A stretch of 42,156 bases of DNA from Batkoa obscura (lineage: Eukaryota). Each line of letters opens with the position of its first letter. The stretch's first letter is position 1. The notes beneath the pieces are model-generated. The model searched no databases, had not been told where the DNA came from, and saw nothing but the letters and a program-made list of their open reading frames with translations. Where the stretch lies: positions 1 through 42,156 of the forward strand of contig JASVEC010000145.1 of NCBI GenBank assembly GCA_030770535.1. Direction: 5' to 3'. Of the stretch, positions 1-11,902 are shown one piece after another. A program made the position numbers and the translations under genes.

Positions 1-346
1 GTTTTTGGAATACTATAAACTATAAAAGCTTACCAAGTTGATTTTTTATATAAATACTTAATACTGAAAATGATTTAAAAAGCTTTAGATATATCAAAAA
101 TGTTATTTAACTTGTTAAAATTAGTTATAAACATTAGTGGAATCTAAATAACATGAAAAAATTTCAAGTGTAATATTAAAATGACTGTTTTTATTAAAAG
201 TTTTAGTTTTTTAGAAATAAGATATATATTGAAAAAATAGTAAAAGAATAGTAAAAAAATGATAAAAGATAAAATAATAACAAGATATTATAACTATATT
301 TATTAGAAAGTTAAAAATGAAAAATCCTTATTAAAAAGTTCAAAAA

Positions 347-414
347 GTTGAAAGAATTTTGTTGAAAGAATTTTGTTGAAAGAATTTTGTTGAGAGAATT
401 TTGTTGAAAATTTT
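347..414 (+). repeat. 14-bp minisatellite (GTTGAAAGAATTTT) x4 plus a partial copy in each 5S spacer (first instance given)
   Basis: Copies at 347, 361, 375, 389 (A>G variant) and a shortened copy at 403; repeated in every unit. Confidence 0.9.
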
Positions 415-432
415 ATTCAAAATAATTAAACT

Positions 433-438
433 TATATA
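433..438 (+). promoter_or_regulatory. TATA-like element at about -28 to -23 of the 5S gene (every unit)
   Basis: TATATA upstream of the predicted +1 at 461; upstream TATA-like elements are known for Pol III 5S genes. Confidence 0.45.
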
Positions 439-460
439 GTTCCCACCTTGTTATAATATT

Positions 461-580
461 GTACAACGGTCATATGACTTTGAAAACACCGCTTCTCGTC
501 AGATCAGCGCAGTTAAGCAAAGTACAGCATATTTAGTACTATAGTGGGAGACCATATGGGAATAGTATGTACTGTTGTTT
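461..580 (+). rRNA. 5S: 5S rRNA copy 1
   Basis: Fungal-type 5S: CACCGCTTCTCGTCAGATCAGCGCAGTTAAGC, TTAGTACT, GTGGGAGACC; 5' ACAACGG pairs with 3' CTGTTGT (helix I); followed by a T-run. Confidence 0.96.
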
Positions 581-587
581 TTGTTTT
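578..587 (+). terminator. Pol III terminator (T5 then T4) after each 5S gene (first instance given)
   Basis: TTTTTGTTTT directly at the 5S 3' end. Confidence 0.75.
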
Positions 588-1038
588 GGAATACTATAAA
601 CTATAAAGCTACCAAGTTGATTTTTTATATAAATACTTAATCTGAAAATGATTTAAAAAGCTTTAGATATATCAAAAATGTTATTTAACTTGTTAAAATT
701 AGTTATAAACATTAGTGGAATCTAAATAACATGAAAAAATTTCAAGTGTAATATTAAAATGACTGTTTTTATTAAAAGTTTTAGTTTTTTAGAAATAAGA
801 TATATATTGAAAAAATAGTAAAAGAATAGTAAAAAAATGATAAAAGATAAAATAATAACAAGATATTATAACTATATTTATTAGAAAGTTAAAAATGAAA
901 AATCCTTATTAAAAAGTTCAAAAAGTTGAAAGAATTTTGTTGAAAGAATTTTGTTGAAAGAATTTTGTTGAGAGAATTTTGTTGAAAATTTTATTCAAAA
1001 TAATTAAACTTATATAGTTCCCACCTTGTTATAATATT

Positions 1039-1158
1039 GTACAACGGTCATATGACTTTGAAAACACCGCTTCTCGTCAGATCAGCGCAGTTAAGCAAAG
1101 TACAGCATATTTAGTACTATAGTGGGAGACCATATGGGAATAGTATGTACTGTTGTTT
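1039..1158 (+). rRNA. 5S: 5S rRNA copy 2
   Basis: Same sequence as copy 1. Confidence 0.96.
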
Positions 1159-1616
1159 TTGTTTTGGAATACTATAAACTATAAAGCTACCAAGTTGATT
1201 TTTTATATAAATACTTAATCTGAAAATGATTTAAAAAGCTTTAGATATATCAAAAATGTTATTTAACTTGTTAAAATTAGTTATAAACATTAGTGGAATC
1301 TAAATAACATGAAAAAATTTCAAGTGTAATATTAAAATGACTGTTTTTATTAAAAGTTTTAGTTTTTTAGAAATAAGATATATATTGAAAAAATAGTAAA
1401 AGAATAGTAAAAAAATGATAAAAGATAAAATAATAACAAGATATTATAACTATATTTATTAGAAAGTTAAAAATGAAAAATCCTTATTAAAAAGTTCAAA
1501 AAGTTGAAAGAATTTTGTTGAAAGAATTTTGTTGAAAGAATTTTGTTGAGAGAATTTTGTTGAAAATTTTATTCAAAATAATTAAACTTATATAGTTCCC
1601 ACCTTGTTATAATATT

Positions 1617-1736
1617 GTACAACGGTCATATGACTTTGAAAACACCGCTTCTCGTCAGATCAGCGCAGTTAAGCAAAGTACAGCATATTTAGTACTATAG
1701 TGGGAGACCATATGGGAATAGTATGTACTGTTGTTT
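1617..1736 (+). rRNA. 5S: 5S rRNA copy 3
   Basis: Same sequence as copy 1. Confidence 0.96.
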
Positions 1737-2194
1737 TTGTTTTGGAATACTATAAACTATAAAGCTACCAAGTTGATTTTTTATATAAATACTTAATCTG
1801 AAAATGATTTAAAAAGCTTTAGATATATCAAAAATGTTATTTAACTTGTTAAAATTAGTTATAAACATTAGTGGAATCTAAATAACATGAAAAAATTTCA
1901 AGTGTAATATTAAAATGACTGTTTTTATTAAAAGTTTTAGTTTTTTAGAAATAAGATATATATTGAAAAAATAGTAAAAGAATAGTAAAAAAATGATAAA
2001 AGATAAAATAATAACAAGATATTATAACTATATTTATTAGAAAGTTAAAAATGAAAAATCCTTATTAAAAAGTTCAAAAAGTTGAAAGAATTTTGTTGAA
2101 AGAATTTTGTTGAAAGAATTTTGTTGAGAGAATTTTGTTGAAAATTTTATTCAAAATAATTAAACTTATATAGTTCCCACCTTGTTATAATATT

Positions 2195-2314
2195 GTACAA
2201 CGGTCATATGACTTTGAAAACACCGCTTCTCGTCAGATCAGCGCAGTTAAGCAAAGTACAGCATATTTAGTACTATAGTGGGAGACCATATGGGAATAGT
2301 ATGTACTGTTGTTT
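2195..2314 (+). rRNA. 5S: 5S rRNA copy 4
   Basis: Same sequence as copy 1. Confidence 0.96.
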
Positions 2315-2772
2315 TTGTTTTGGAATACTATAAACTATAAAGCTACCAAGTTGATTTTTTATATAAATACTTAATCTGAAAATGATTTAAAAAGCTTTAG
2401 ATATATCAAAAATGTTATTTAACTTGTTAAAATTAGTTATAAACATTAGTGGAATCTAAATAACATGAAAAAATTTCAAGTGTAATATTAAAATGACTGT
2501 TTTTATTAAAAGTTTTAGTTTTTTAGAAATAAGATATATATTGAAAAAATAGTAAAAGAATAGTAAAAAAATGATAAAAGATAAAATAATAACAAGATAT
2601 TATAACTATATTTATTAGAAAGTTAAAAATGAAAAATCCTTATTAAAAAGTTCAAAAAGTTGAAAGAATTTTGTTGAAAGAATTTTGTTGAAAGAATTTT
2701 GTTGAGAGAATTTTGTTGAAAATTTTATTCAAAATAATTAAACTTATATAGTTCCCACCTTGTTATAATATT

Positions 2773-2892
2773 GTACAACGGTCATATGACTTTGAAAACA
2801 CCGCTTCTCGTCAGATCAGCGCAGTTAAGCAAAGTACAGCATATTTAGTACTATAGTGGGAGACCATATGGGAATAGTATGTACTGTTGTTT
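2773..2892 (+). rRNA. 5S: 5S rRNA copy 5
   Basis: Same sequence as copy 1. Confidence 0.96.
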
Positions 2893-3350
2893 TTGTTTTG
2901 GAATACTATAAACTATAAAGCTACCAAGTTGATTTTTTATATAAATACTTAATCTGAAAATGATTTAAAAAGCTTTAGATATATCAAAAATGTTATTTAA
3001 CTTGTTAAAATTAGTTATAAACATTAGTGGAATCTAAATAACATGAAAAAATTTCAAGTGTAATATTAAAATGACTGTTTTTATTAAAAGTTTTAGTTTT
3101 TTAGAAATAAGATATATATTGAAAAAATAGTAAAAGAATAGTAAAAAAATGATAAAAGATAAAATAATAACAAGATATTATAACTATATTTATTAGAAAG
3201 TTAAAAATGAAAAATCCTTATTAAAAAGTTCAAAAAGTTGAAAGAATTTTGTTGAAAGAATTTTGTTGAAAGAATTTTGTTGAGAGAATTTTGTTGAAAA
3301 TTTTATTCAAAATAATTAAACTTATATAGTTCCCACCTTGTTATAATATT

Positions 3351-3470
3351 GTACAACGGTCATATGACTTTGAAAACACCGCTTCTCGTCAGATCAGCGC
3401 AGTTAAGCAAAGTACAGCATATTTAGTACTATAGTGGGAGACCATATGGGAATAGTATGTACTGTTGTTT
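3351..3470 (+). rRNA. 5S: 5S rRNA copy 6
   Basis: Same sequence as copy 1. Confidence 0.96.
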
Positions 3471-3928
3471 TTGTTTTGGAATACTATAAACTATAAAGCT
3501 ACCAAGTTGATTTTTTATATAAATACTTAATCTGAAAATGATTTAAAAAGCTTTAGATATATCAAAAATGTTATTTAACTTGTTAAAATTAGTTATAAAC
3601 ATTAGTGGAATCTAAATAACATGAAAAAATTTCAAGTGTAATATTAAAATGACTGTTTTTATTAAAAGTTTTAGTTTTTTAGAAATAAGATATATATTGA
3701 AAAAATAGTAAAAGAATAGTAAAAAAATGATAAAAGATAAAATAATAACAAGATATTATAACTATATTTATTAGAAAGTTAAAAATGAAAAATCCTTATT
3801 AAAAAGTTCAAAAAGTTGAAAGAATTTTGTTGAAAGAATTTTGTTGAAAGAATTTTGTTGAGAGAATTTTGTTGAAAATTTTATTCAAAATAATTAAACT
3901 TATATAGTTCCCACCTTGTTATAATATT

Positions 3929-4048
3929 GTACAACGGTCATATGACTTTGAAAACACCGCTTCTCGTCAGATCAGCGCAGTTAAGCAAAGTACAGCATAT
4001 TTAGTACTATAGTGGGAGACCATATGGGAATAGTATGTACTGTTGTTT
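3929..4048 (+). rRNA. 5S: 5S rRNA copy 7
   Basis: Same sequence as copy 1. Confidence 0.96.
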
Positions 4049-4506
4049 TTGTTTTGGAATACTATAAACTATAAAGCTACCAAGTTGATTTTTTATATAA
4101 ATACTTAATCTGAAAATGATTTAAAAAGCTTTAGATATATCAAAAATGTTATTTAACTTGTTAAAATTAGTTATAAACATTAGTGGAATCTAAATAACAT
4201 GAAAAAATTTCAAGTGTAATATTAAAATGACTGTTTTTATTAAAAGTTTTAGTTTTTTAGAAATAAGATATATATTGAAAAAATAGTAAAAGAATAGTAA
4301 AAAAATGATAAAAGATAAAATAATAACAAGATATTATAACTATATTTATTAGAAAGTTAAAAATGAAAAATCCTTATTAAAAAGTTCAAAAAGTTGAAAG
4401 AATTTTGTTGAAAGAATTTTGTTGAAAGAATTTTGTTGAGAGAATTTTGTTGAAAATTTTATTCAAAATAATTAAACTTATATAGTTCCCACCTTGTTAT
4501 AATATT

Positions 4507-4626
4507 GTACAACGGTCATATGACTTTGAAAACACCGCTTCTCGTCAGATCAGCGCAGTTAAGCAAAGTACAGCATATTTAGTACTATAGTGGGAGACCA
4601 TATGGGAATAGTATGTACTGTTGTTT
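4507..4626 (+). rRNA. 5S: 5S rRNA copy 8
   Basis: Same sequence as copy 1. Confidence 0.96.
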
Positions 4627-5084
4627 TTGTTTTGGAATACTATAAACTATAAAGCTACCAAGTTGATTTTTTATATAAATACTTAATCTGAAAATGATTT
4701 AAAAAGCTTTAGATATATCAAAAATGTTATTTAACTTGTTAAAATTAGTTATAAACATTAGTGGAATCTAAATAACATGAAAAAATTTCAAGTGTAATAT
4801 TAAAATGACTGTTTTTATTAAAAGTTTTAGTTTTTTAGAAATAAGATATATATTGAAAAAATAGTAAAAGAATAGTAAAAAAATGATAAAAGATAAAATA
4901 ATAACAAGATATTATAACTATATTTATTAGAAAGTTAAAAATGAAAAATCCTTATTAAAAAGTTCAAAAAGTTGAAAGAATTTTGTTGAAAGAATTTTGT
5001 TGAAAGAATTTTGTTGAGAGAATTTTGTTGAAAATTTTATTCAAAATAATTAAACTTATATAGTTCCCACCTTGTTATAATATT

Positions 5085-5204
5085 GTACAACGGTCATATG
5101 ACTTTGAAAACACCGCTTCTCGTCAGATCAGCGCAGTTAAGCAAAGTACAGCATATTTAGTACTATAGTGGGAGACCATATGGGAATAGTATGTACTGTT
5201 GTTT
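5085..5204 (+). rRNA. 5S: 5S rRNA copy 9
   Basis: Same sequence as copy 1. Confidence 0.96.
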
Positions 5205-5662
5205 TTGTTTTGGAATACTATAAACTATAAAGCTACCAAGTTGATTTTTTATATAAATACTTAATCTGAAAATGATTTAAAAAGCTTTAGATATATCAAA
5301 AATGTTATTTAACTTGTTAAAATTAGTTATAAACATTAGTGGAATCTAAATAACATGAAAAAATTTCAAGTGTAATATTAAAATGACTGTTTTTATTAAA
5401 AGTTTTAGTTTTTTAGAAATAAGATATATATTGAAAAAATAGTAAAAGAATAGTAAAAAAATGATAAAAGATAAAATAATAACAAGATATTATAACTATA
5501 TTTATTAGAAAGTTAAAAATGAAAAATCCTTATTAAAAAGTTCAAAAAGTTGAAAGAATTTTGTTGAAAGAATTTTGTTGAAAGAATTTTGTTGAGAGAA
5601 TTTTGTTGAAAATTTTATTCAAAATAATTAAACTTATATAGTTCCCACCTTGTTATAATATT

Positions 5663-5782
5663 GTACAACGGTCATATGACTTTGAAAACACCGCTTCTCG
5701 TCAGATCAGCGCAGTTAAGCAAAGTACAGCATATTTAGTACTATAGTGGGAGACCATATGGGAATAGTATGTACTGTTGTTT
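5663..5782 (+). rRNA. 5S: 5S rRNA copy 10
   Basis: Same sequence as copy 1. Confidence 0.96.
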
Positions 5783-6240
5783 TTGTTTTGGAATACTATA
5801 AACTATAAAGCTACCAAGTTGATTTTTTATATAAATACTTAATCTGAAAATGATTTAAAAAGCTTTAGATATATCAAAAATGTTATTTAACTTGTTAAAA
5901 TTAGTTATAAACATTAGTGGAATCTAAATAACATGAAAAAATTTCAAGTGTAATATTAAAATGACTGTTTTTATTAAAAGTTTTAGTTTTTTAGAAATAA
6001 GATATATATTGAAAAAATAGTAAAAGAATAGTAAAAAAATGATAAAAGATAAAATAATAACAAGATATTATAACTATATTTATTAGAAAGTTAAAAATGA
6101 AAAATCCTTATTAAAAAGTTCAAAAAGTTGAAAGAATTTTGTTGAAAGAATTTTGTTGAAAGAATTTTGTTGAGAGAATTTTGTTGAAAATTTTATTCAA
6201 AATAATTAAACTTATATAGTTCCCACCTTGTTATAATATT

Positions 6241-6360
6241 GTACAACGGTCATATGACTTTGAAAACACCGCTTCTCGTCAGATCAGCGCAGTTAAGCAA
6301 AGTACAGCATATTTAGTACTATAGTGGGAGACCATATGGGAATAGTATGTACTGTTGTTT
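6241..6360 (+). rRNA. 5S: 5S rRNA copy 11
   Basis: Same sequence as copy 1. Confidence 0.96.
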
Positions 6361-6818
6361 TTGTTTTGGAATACTATAAACTATAAAGCTACCAAGTTGA
6401 TTTTTTATATAAATACTTAATCTGAAAATGATTTAAAAAGCTTTAGATATATCAAAAATGTTATTTAACTTGTTAAAATTAGTTATAAACATTAGTGGAA
6501 TCTAAATAACATGAAAAAATTTCAAGTGTAATATTAAAATGACTGTTTTTATTAAAAGTTTTAGTTTTTTAGAAATAAGATATATATTGAAAAAATAGTA
6601 AAAGAATAGTAAAAAAATGATAAAAGATAAAATAATAACAAGATATTATAACTATATTTATTAGAAAGTTAAAAATGAAAAATCCTTATTAAAAAGTTCA
6701 AAAAGTTGAAAGAATTTTGTTGAAAGAATTTTGTTGAAAGAATTTTGTTGAGAGAATTTTGTTGAAAATTTTATTCAAAATAATTAAACTTATATAGTTC
6801 CCACCTTGTTATAATATT

Positions 6819-6938
6819 GTACAACGGTCATATGACTTTGAAAACACCGCTTCTCGTCAGATCAGCGCAGTTAAGCAAAGTACAGCATATTTAGTACTAT
6901 AGTGGGAGACCATATGGGAATAGTATGTACTGTTGTTT
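6819..6938 (+). rRNA. 5S: 5S rRNA copy 12
   Basis: Same sequence as copy 1. Confidence 0.96.
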
Positions 6939-7396
6939 TTGTTTTGGAATACTATAAACTATAAAGCTACCAAGTTGATTTTTTATATAAATACTTAATC
7001 TGAAAATGATTTAAAAAGCTTTAGATATATCAAAAATGTTATTTAACTTGTTAAAATTAGTTATAAACATTAGTGGAATCTAAATAACATGAAAAAATTT
7101 CAAGTGTAATATTAAAATGACTGTTTTTATTAAAAGTTTTAGTTTTTTAGAAATAAGATATATATTGAAAAAATAGTAAAAGAATAGTAAAAAAATGATA
7201 AAAGATAAAATAATAACAAGATATTATAACTATATTTATTAGAAAGTTAAAAATGAAAAATCCTTATTAAAAAGTTCAAAAAGTTGAAAGAATTTTGTTG
7301 AAAGAATTTTGTTGAAAGAATTTTGTTGAGAGAATTTTGTTGAAAATTTTATTCAAAATAATTAAACTTATATAGTTCCCACCTTGTTATAATATT

Positions 7397-7516
7397 GTAC
7401 AACGGTCATATGACTTTGAAAACACCGCTTCTCGTCAGATCAGCGCAGTTAAGCAAAGTACAGCATATTTAGTACTATAGTGGGAGACCATATGGGAATA
7501 GTATGTACTGTTGTTT
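7397..7516 (+). rRNA. 5S: 5S rRNA copy 13
   Basis: Same sequence as copy 1. Confidence 0.96.
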
Positions 7517-7974
7517 TTGTTTTGGAATACTATAAACTATAAAGCTACCAAGTTGATTTTTTATATAAATACTTAATCTGAAAATGATTTAAAAAGCTTT
7601 AGATATATCAAAAATGTTATTTAACTTGTTAAAATTAGTTATAAACATTAGTGGAATCTAAATAACATGAAAAAATTTCAAGTGTAATATTAAAATGACT
7701 GTTTTTATTAAAAGTTTTAGTTTTTTAGAAATAAGATATATATTGAAAAAATAGTAAAAGAATAGTAAAAAAATGATAAAAGATAAAATAATAACAAGAT
7801 ATTATAACTATATTTATTAGAAAGTTAAAAATGAAAAATCCTTATTAAAAAGTTCAAAAAGTTGAAAGAATTTTGTTGAAAGAATTTTGTTGAAAGAATT
7901 TTGTTGAGAGAATTTTGTTGAAAATTTTATTCAAAATAATTAAACTTATATAGTTCCCACCTTGTTATAATATT

Positions 7975-8094
7975 GTACAACGGTCATATGACTTTGAAAA
8001 CACCGCTTCTCGTCAGATCAGCGCAGTTAAGCAAAGTACAGCATATTTAGTACTATAGTGGGAGACCATATGGGAATAGTATGTACTGTTGTTT
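7975..8094 (+). rRNA. 5S: 5S rRNA copy 14
   Basis: Same sequence as copy 1. Confidence 0.96.
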
Positions 8095-8552
8095 TTGTTT
8101 TGGAATACTATAAACTATAAAGCTACCAAGTTGATTTTTTATATAAATACTTAATCTGAAAATGATTTAAAAAGCTTTAGATATATCAAAAATGTTATTT
8201 AACTTGTTAAAATTAGTTATAAACATTAGTGGAATCTAAATAACATGAAAAAATTTCAAGTGTAATATTAAAATGACTGTTTTTATTAAAAGTTTTAGTT
8301 TTTTAGAAATAAGATATATATTGAAAAAATAGTAAAAGAATAGTAAAAAAATGATAAAAGATAAAATAATAACAAGATATTATAACTATATTTATTAGAA
8401 AGTTAAAAATGAAAAATCCTTATTAAAAAGTTCAAAAAGTTGAAAGAATTTTGTTGAAAGAATTTTGTTGAAAGAATTTTGTTGAGAGAATTTTGTTGAA
8501 AATTTTATTCAAAATAATTAAACTTATATAGTTCCCACCTTGTTATAATATT

Positions 8553-8672
8553 GTACAACGGTCATATGACTTTGAAAACACCGCTTCTCGTCAGATCAGC
8601 GCAGTTAAGCAAAGTACAGCATATTTAGTACTATAGTGGGAGACCATATGGGAATAGTATGTACTGTTGTTT
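8553..8672 (+). rRNA. 5S: 5S rRNA copy 15
   Basis: Same sequence as copy 1. Confidence 0.96.
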
Positions 8673-9130
8673 TTGTTTTGGAATACTATAAACTATAAAG
8701 CTACCAAGTTGATTTTTTATATAAATACTTAATCTGAAAATGATTTAAAAAGCTTTAGATATATCAAAAATGTTATTTAACTTGTTAAAATTAGTTATAA
8801 ACATTAGTGGAATCTAAATAACATGAAAAAATTTCAAGTGTAATATTAAAATGACTGTTTTTATTAAAAGTTTTAGTTTTTTAGAAATAAGATATATATT
8901 GAAAAAATAGTAAAAGAATAGTAAAAAAATGATAAAAGATAAAATAATAACAAGATATTATAACTATATTTATTAGAAAGTTAAAAATGAAAAATCCTTA
9001 TTAAAAAGTTCAAAAAGTTGAAAGAATTTTGTTGAAAGAATTTTGTTGAAAGAATTTTGTTGAGAGAATTTTGTTGAAAATTTTATTCAAAATAATTAAA
9101 CTTATATAGTTCCCACCTTGTTATAATATT

Positions 9131-9250
9131 GTACAACGGTCATATGACTTTGAAAACACCGCTTCTCGTCAGATCAGCGCAGTTAAGCAAAGTACAGCAT
9201 ATTTAGTACTATAGTGGGAGACCATATGGGAATAGTATGTACTGTTGTTT
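9131..9250 (+). rRNA. 5S: 5S rRNA copy 16
   Basis: Same sequence as copy 1. Confidence 0.96.
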
Positions 9251-9708
9251 TTGTTTTGGAATACTATAAACTATAAAGCTACCAAGTTGATTTTTTATAT
9301 AAATACTTAATCTGAAAATGATTTAAAAAGCTTTAGATATATCAAAAATGTTATTTAACTTGTTAAAATTAGTTATAAACATTAGTGGAATCTAAATAAC
9401 ATGAAAAAATTTCAAGTGTAATATTAAAATGACTGTTTTTATTAAAAGTTTTAGTTTTTTAGAAATAAGATATATATTGAAAAAATAGTAAAAGAATAGT
9501 AAAAAAATGATAAAAGATAAAATAATAACAAGATATTATAACTATATTTATTAGAAAGTTAAAAATGAAAAATCCTTATTAAAAAGTTCAAAAAGTTGAA
9601 AGAATTTTGTTGAAAGAATTTTGTTGAAAGAATTTTGTTGAGAGAATTTTGTTGAAAATTTTATTCAAAATAATTAAACTTATATAGTTCCCACCTTGTT
9701 ATAATATT

Positions 9709-9828
9709 GTACAACGGTCATATGACTTTGAAAACACCGCTTCTCGTCAGATCAGCGCAGTTAAGCAAAGTACAGCATATTTAGTACTATAGTGGGAGAC
9801 CATATGGGAATAGTATGTACTGTTGTTT
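9709..9828 (+). rRNA. 5S: 5S rRNA copy 17
   Basis: Same sequence as copy 1. Confidence 0.96.
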
Positions 9829-10286
9829 TTGTTTTGGAATACTATAAACTATAAAGCTACCAAGTTGATTTTTTATATAAATACTTAATCTGAAAATGAT
9901 TTAAAAAGCTTTAGATATATCAAAAATGTTATTTAACTTGTTAAAATTAGTTATAAACATTAGTGGAATCTAAATAACATGAAAAAATTTCAAGTGTAAT
10001 ATTAAAATGACTGTTTTTATTAAAAGTTTTAGTTTTTTAGAAATAAGATATATATTGAAAAAATAGTAAAAGAATAGTAAAAAAATGATAAAAGATAAAA
10101 TAATAACAAGATATTATAACTATATTTATTAGAAAGTTAAAAATGAAAAATCCTTATTAAAAAGTTCAAAAAGTTGAAAGAATTTTGTTGAAAGAATTTT
10201 GTTGAAAGAATTTTGTTGAGAGAATTTTGTTGAAAATTTTATTCAAAATAATTAAACTTATATAGTTCCCACCTTGTTATAATATT

Positions 10287-10406
10287 GTACAACGGTCATA
10301 TGACTTTGAAAACACCGCTTCTCGTCAGATCAGCGCAGTTAAGCAAAGTACAGCATATTTAGTACTATAGTGGGAGACCATATGGGAATAGTATGTACTG
10401 TTGTTT
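10287..10406 (+). rRNA. 5S: 5S rRNA copy 18 (last)
   Basis: Same sequence as copy 1. Confidence 0.96.
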
Positions 10407-10631
10407 TTGTTTTGGAATACTATAAACTATAAAGCTACCAAGTTGATTTTTTATATAAATACTTAATCTGAAAATGATTTAAAAAGCTTTAGATATATCA
10501 AAAATGTTATTTAACTTGTTAAAATTAGTTATAAACATTAGTGGAATCTAAATAACATGAAAAAATTTCAAGTGTAATATTAAAATGACTGTTTTTATTA
10601 AAAGTTTTAGTTTTTTAGAAATAAGATATAC

Positions 10632-11902
10632 GGGGTTGTTCCAATTGGTTTCAGAATTTACTTAGAAGTTAAGCCAAATCTTAAATTTTTAAATTTGTAT
10701 CTAATATGACGGCTAAATCTAAAAAGCTCAAAATCAAATCTCTTTATTTAAAACTTATTTAATTGTTTCCTTTTCTTAAATAGCTAATTTCCCTAATTAT
10801 ATGGAGATGTATTTTTGTGTCTAAGAATTTTGCTAACAAATTTTCCGCTCAAATAGTGCTTAAAAAATAGAAAAAATAATGAAGTCAAAAAAAACACTCC
10901 CATATGCTTTATGTTGTTTCTGTTAGATATTTAATAGGTATACAATACATATCTATGATTATATAATTATATGAATACACTTATTCGACTTTATTTTTTG
11001 TTGAAATAAAAACAAAATCCAAACTTTCATAACTAAACTTCCAAATGGAATTTTTGAAAACTTCAATACAATAGGGAGGAGTACACAATATAAACATTGT
11101 AATTCATTTACATCAATTTTAAGAGCTACTTATAATTTATAACAACTCAGGGTTTATGGGATTTTACAATAAAAGGAAACTAACAAAAGATATATTATCA
11201 AAGTTTACTATCGATAATAATAAACTTAATCAACCAATGTGTAAAATCAATGCTTTAGCAGAAACAGGAAATAAAAATCAACAAGTAGCGCTATTATCAA
11301 CTATAGCTTCAGTATATTCTTTTGATGAATGCAAGAGTTTTGGGTTTAATATAAATAGAAATCAATATGATTATTCAAAAATAAGTGATAATAATAAAAT
11401 ATCAACATTACAGCCTATTATTAAAAATACAAAAAAAATTAAAGATAGGCAAATTGAAATTATTATACAATATCTACTAAATGATTCAACTATTCCATCA
11501 AGATTTAATAAAAAAATAATGATAGTAAAATACTCATCAAATAATATATATATTAAATAAAAGTAGAAGAATGATATATAGTAAATATTTTAATGATTTA
11601 AAAGATAAAGCAGTAGCTAGGTCAACATTTTTTAAATATATACCAAGTAATTTCAAAAATCCAGCAAGAAAAACGGATCTATGTAATATATGTACCCAGT
11701 ATACAGTTAGAAAAAAGTTATTTGAAAATAAAATAAATACAGCAAAAAACAAAGCAGAGATACAAGAAATTCTCAACGAAGAAGAAAAATTATACAAATT
11801 ACATAAATTCTGTGTTGACACTCAAAAAAACATATTTAATGAAACCATTAAAAAATCAAATAATAAAAGTTGTATAATAATTTTAGATTTTAAACAAAAT
11901 AT
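10632..11902 (+). mobile_element. Sola2-like DNA transposon copy A, 5' half (left end plus frameshifted transposase N-terminal half), interrupted by copy B
   Basis: Left end GGGGTTGTTCCAATTGGTTTCAGAATTTAC matches reverse complement of ends at 22407 and 32770; ORFs 11156-11560 and 11571-11902 match copy C up to LDFKQN. Confidence 0.88.
10803..10901 (+). mobile_element. ~98-bp MITE inside copy A
   Basis: GGAGATGT...CACTCCC flanked by ATAT on both sides; absent from the equivalent position of copies C and D. Confidence 0.9.

Larger units (their letters stand above)
1..10630 (+). repeat. Tandem 5S rDNA array, 578-bp unit (120-bp gene + 458-bp spacer), 18 complete genes plus partial spacers at both ends
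   Basis: GTACAACGGTCATATG recurs at 461+578n (checked at 1039, 1617, 3351, 6241, 9131, 10287); units look identical by eye; array stops mid-spacer at 10630. Confidence 0.98.

Noticed and set aside
1..70. Four single-base insertions in the first spacer relative to all other units
   Set aside because: Clustered at the extreme start and mostly in homopolymers; most likely low-coverage consensus error rather than a variant unit.
347..414. AAGAATTTT shared between the 5S spacer subrepeat and the MITE
   Set aside because: A 9-mer of almost only A/T is expected by chance at this composition.
1..10630. CRISPR-like regular repeat array
   Set aside because: Spacers are identical, the unit encodes 5S rRNA, the context is eukaryotic and no cas genes are present.
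11537..11821. Hydrophobic ORFs (also 13788-14084, 21322-21642, 31720-32040) that look like a conserved membrane protein
   Set aside because: They are antisense shadows of the Lys/Asn/Glu-rich transposase frame and recur only because the element recurs.
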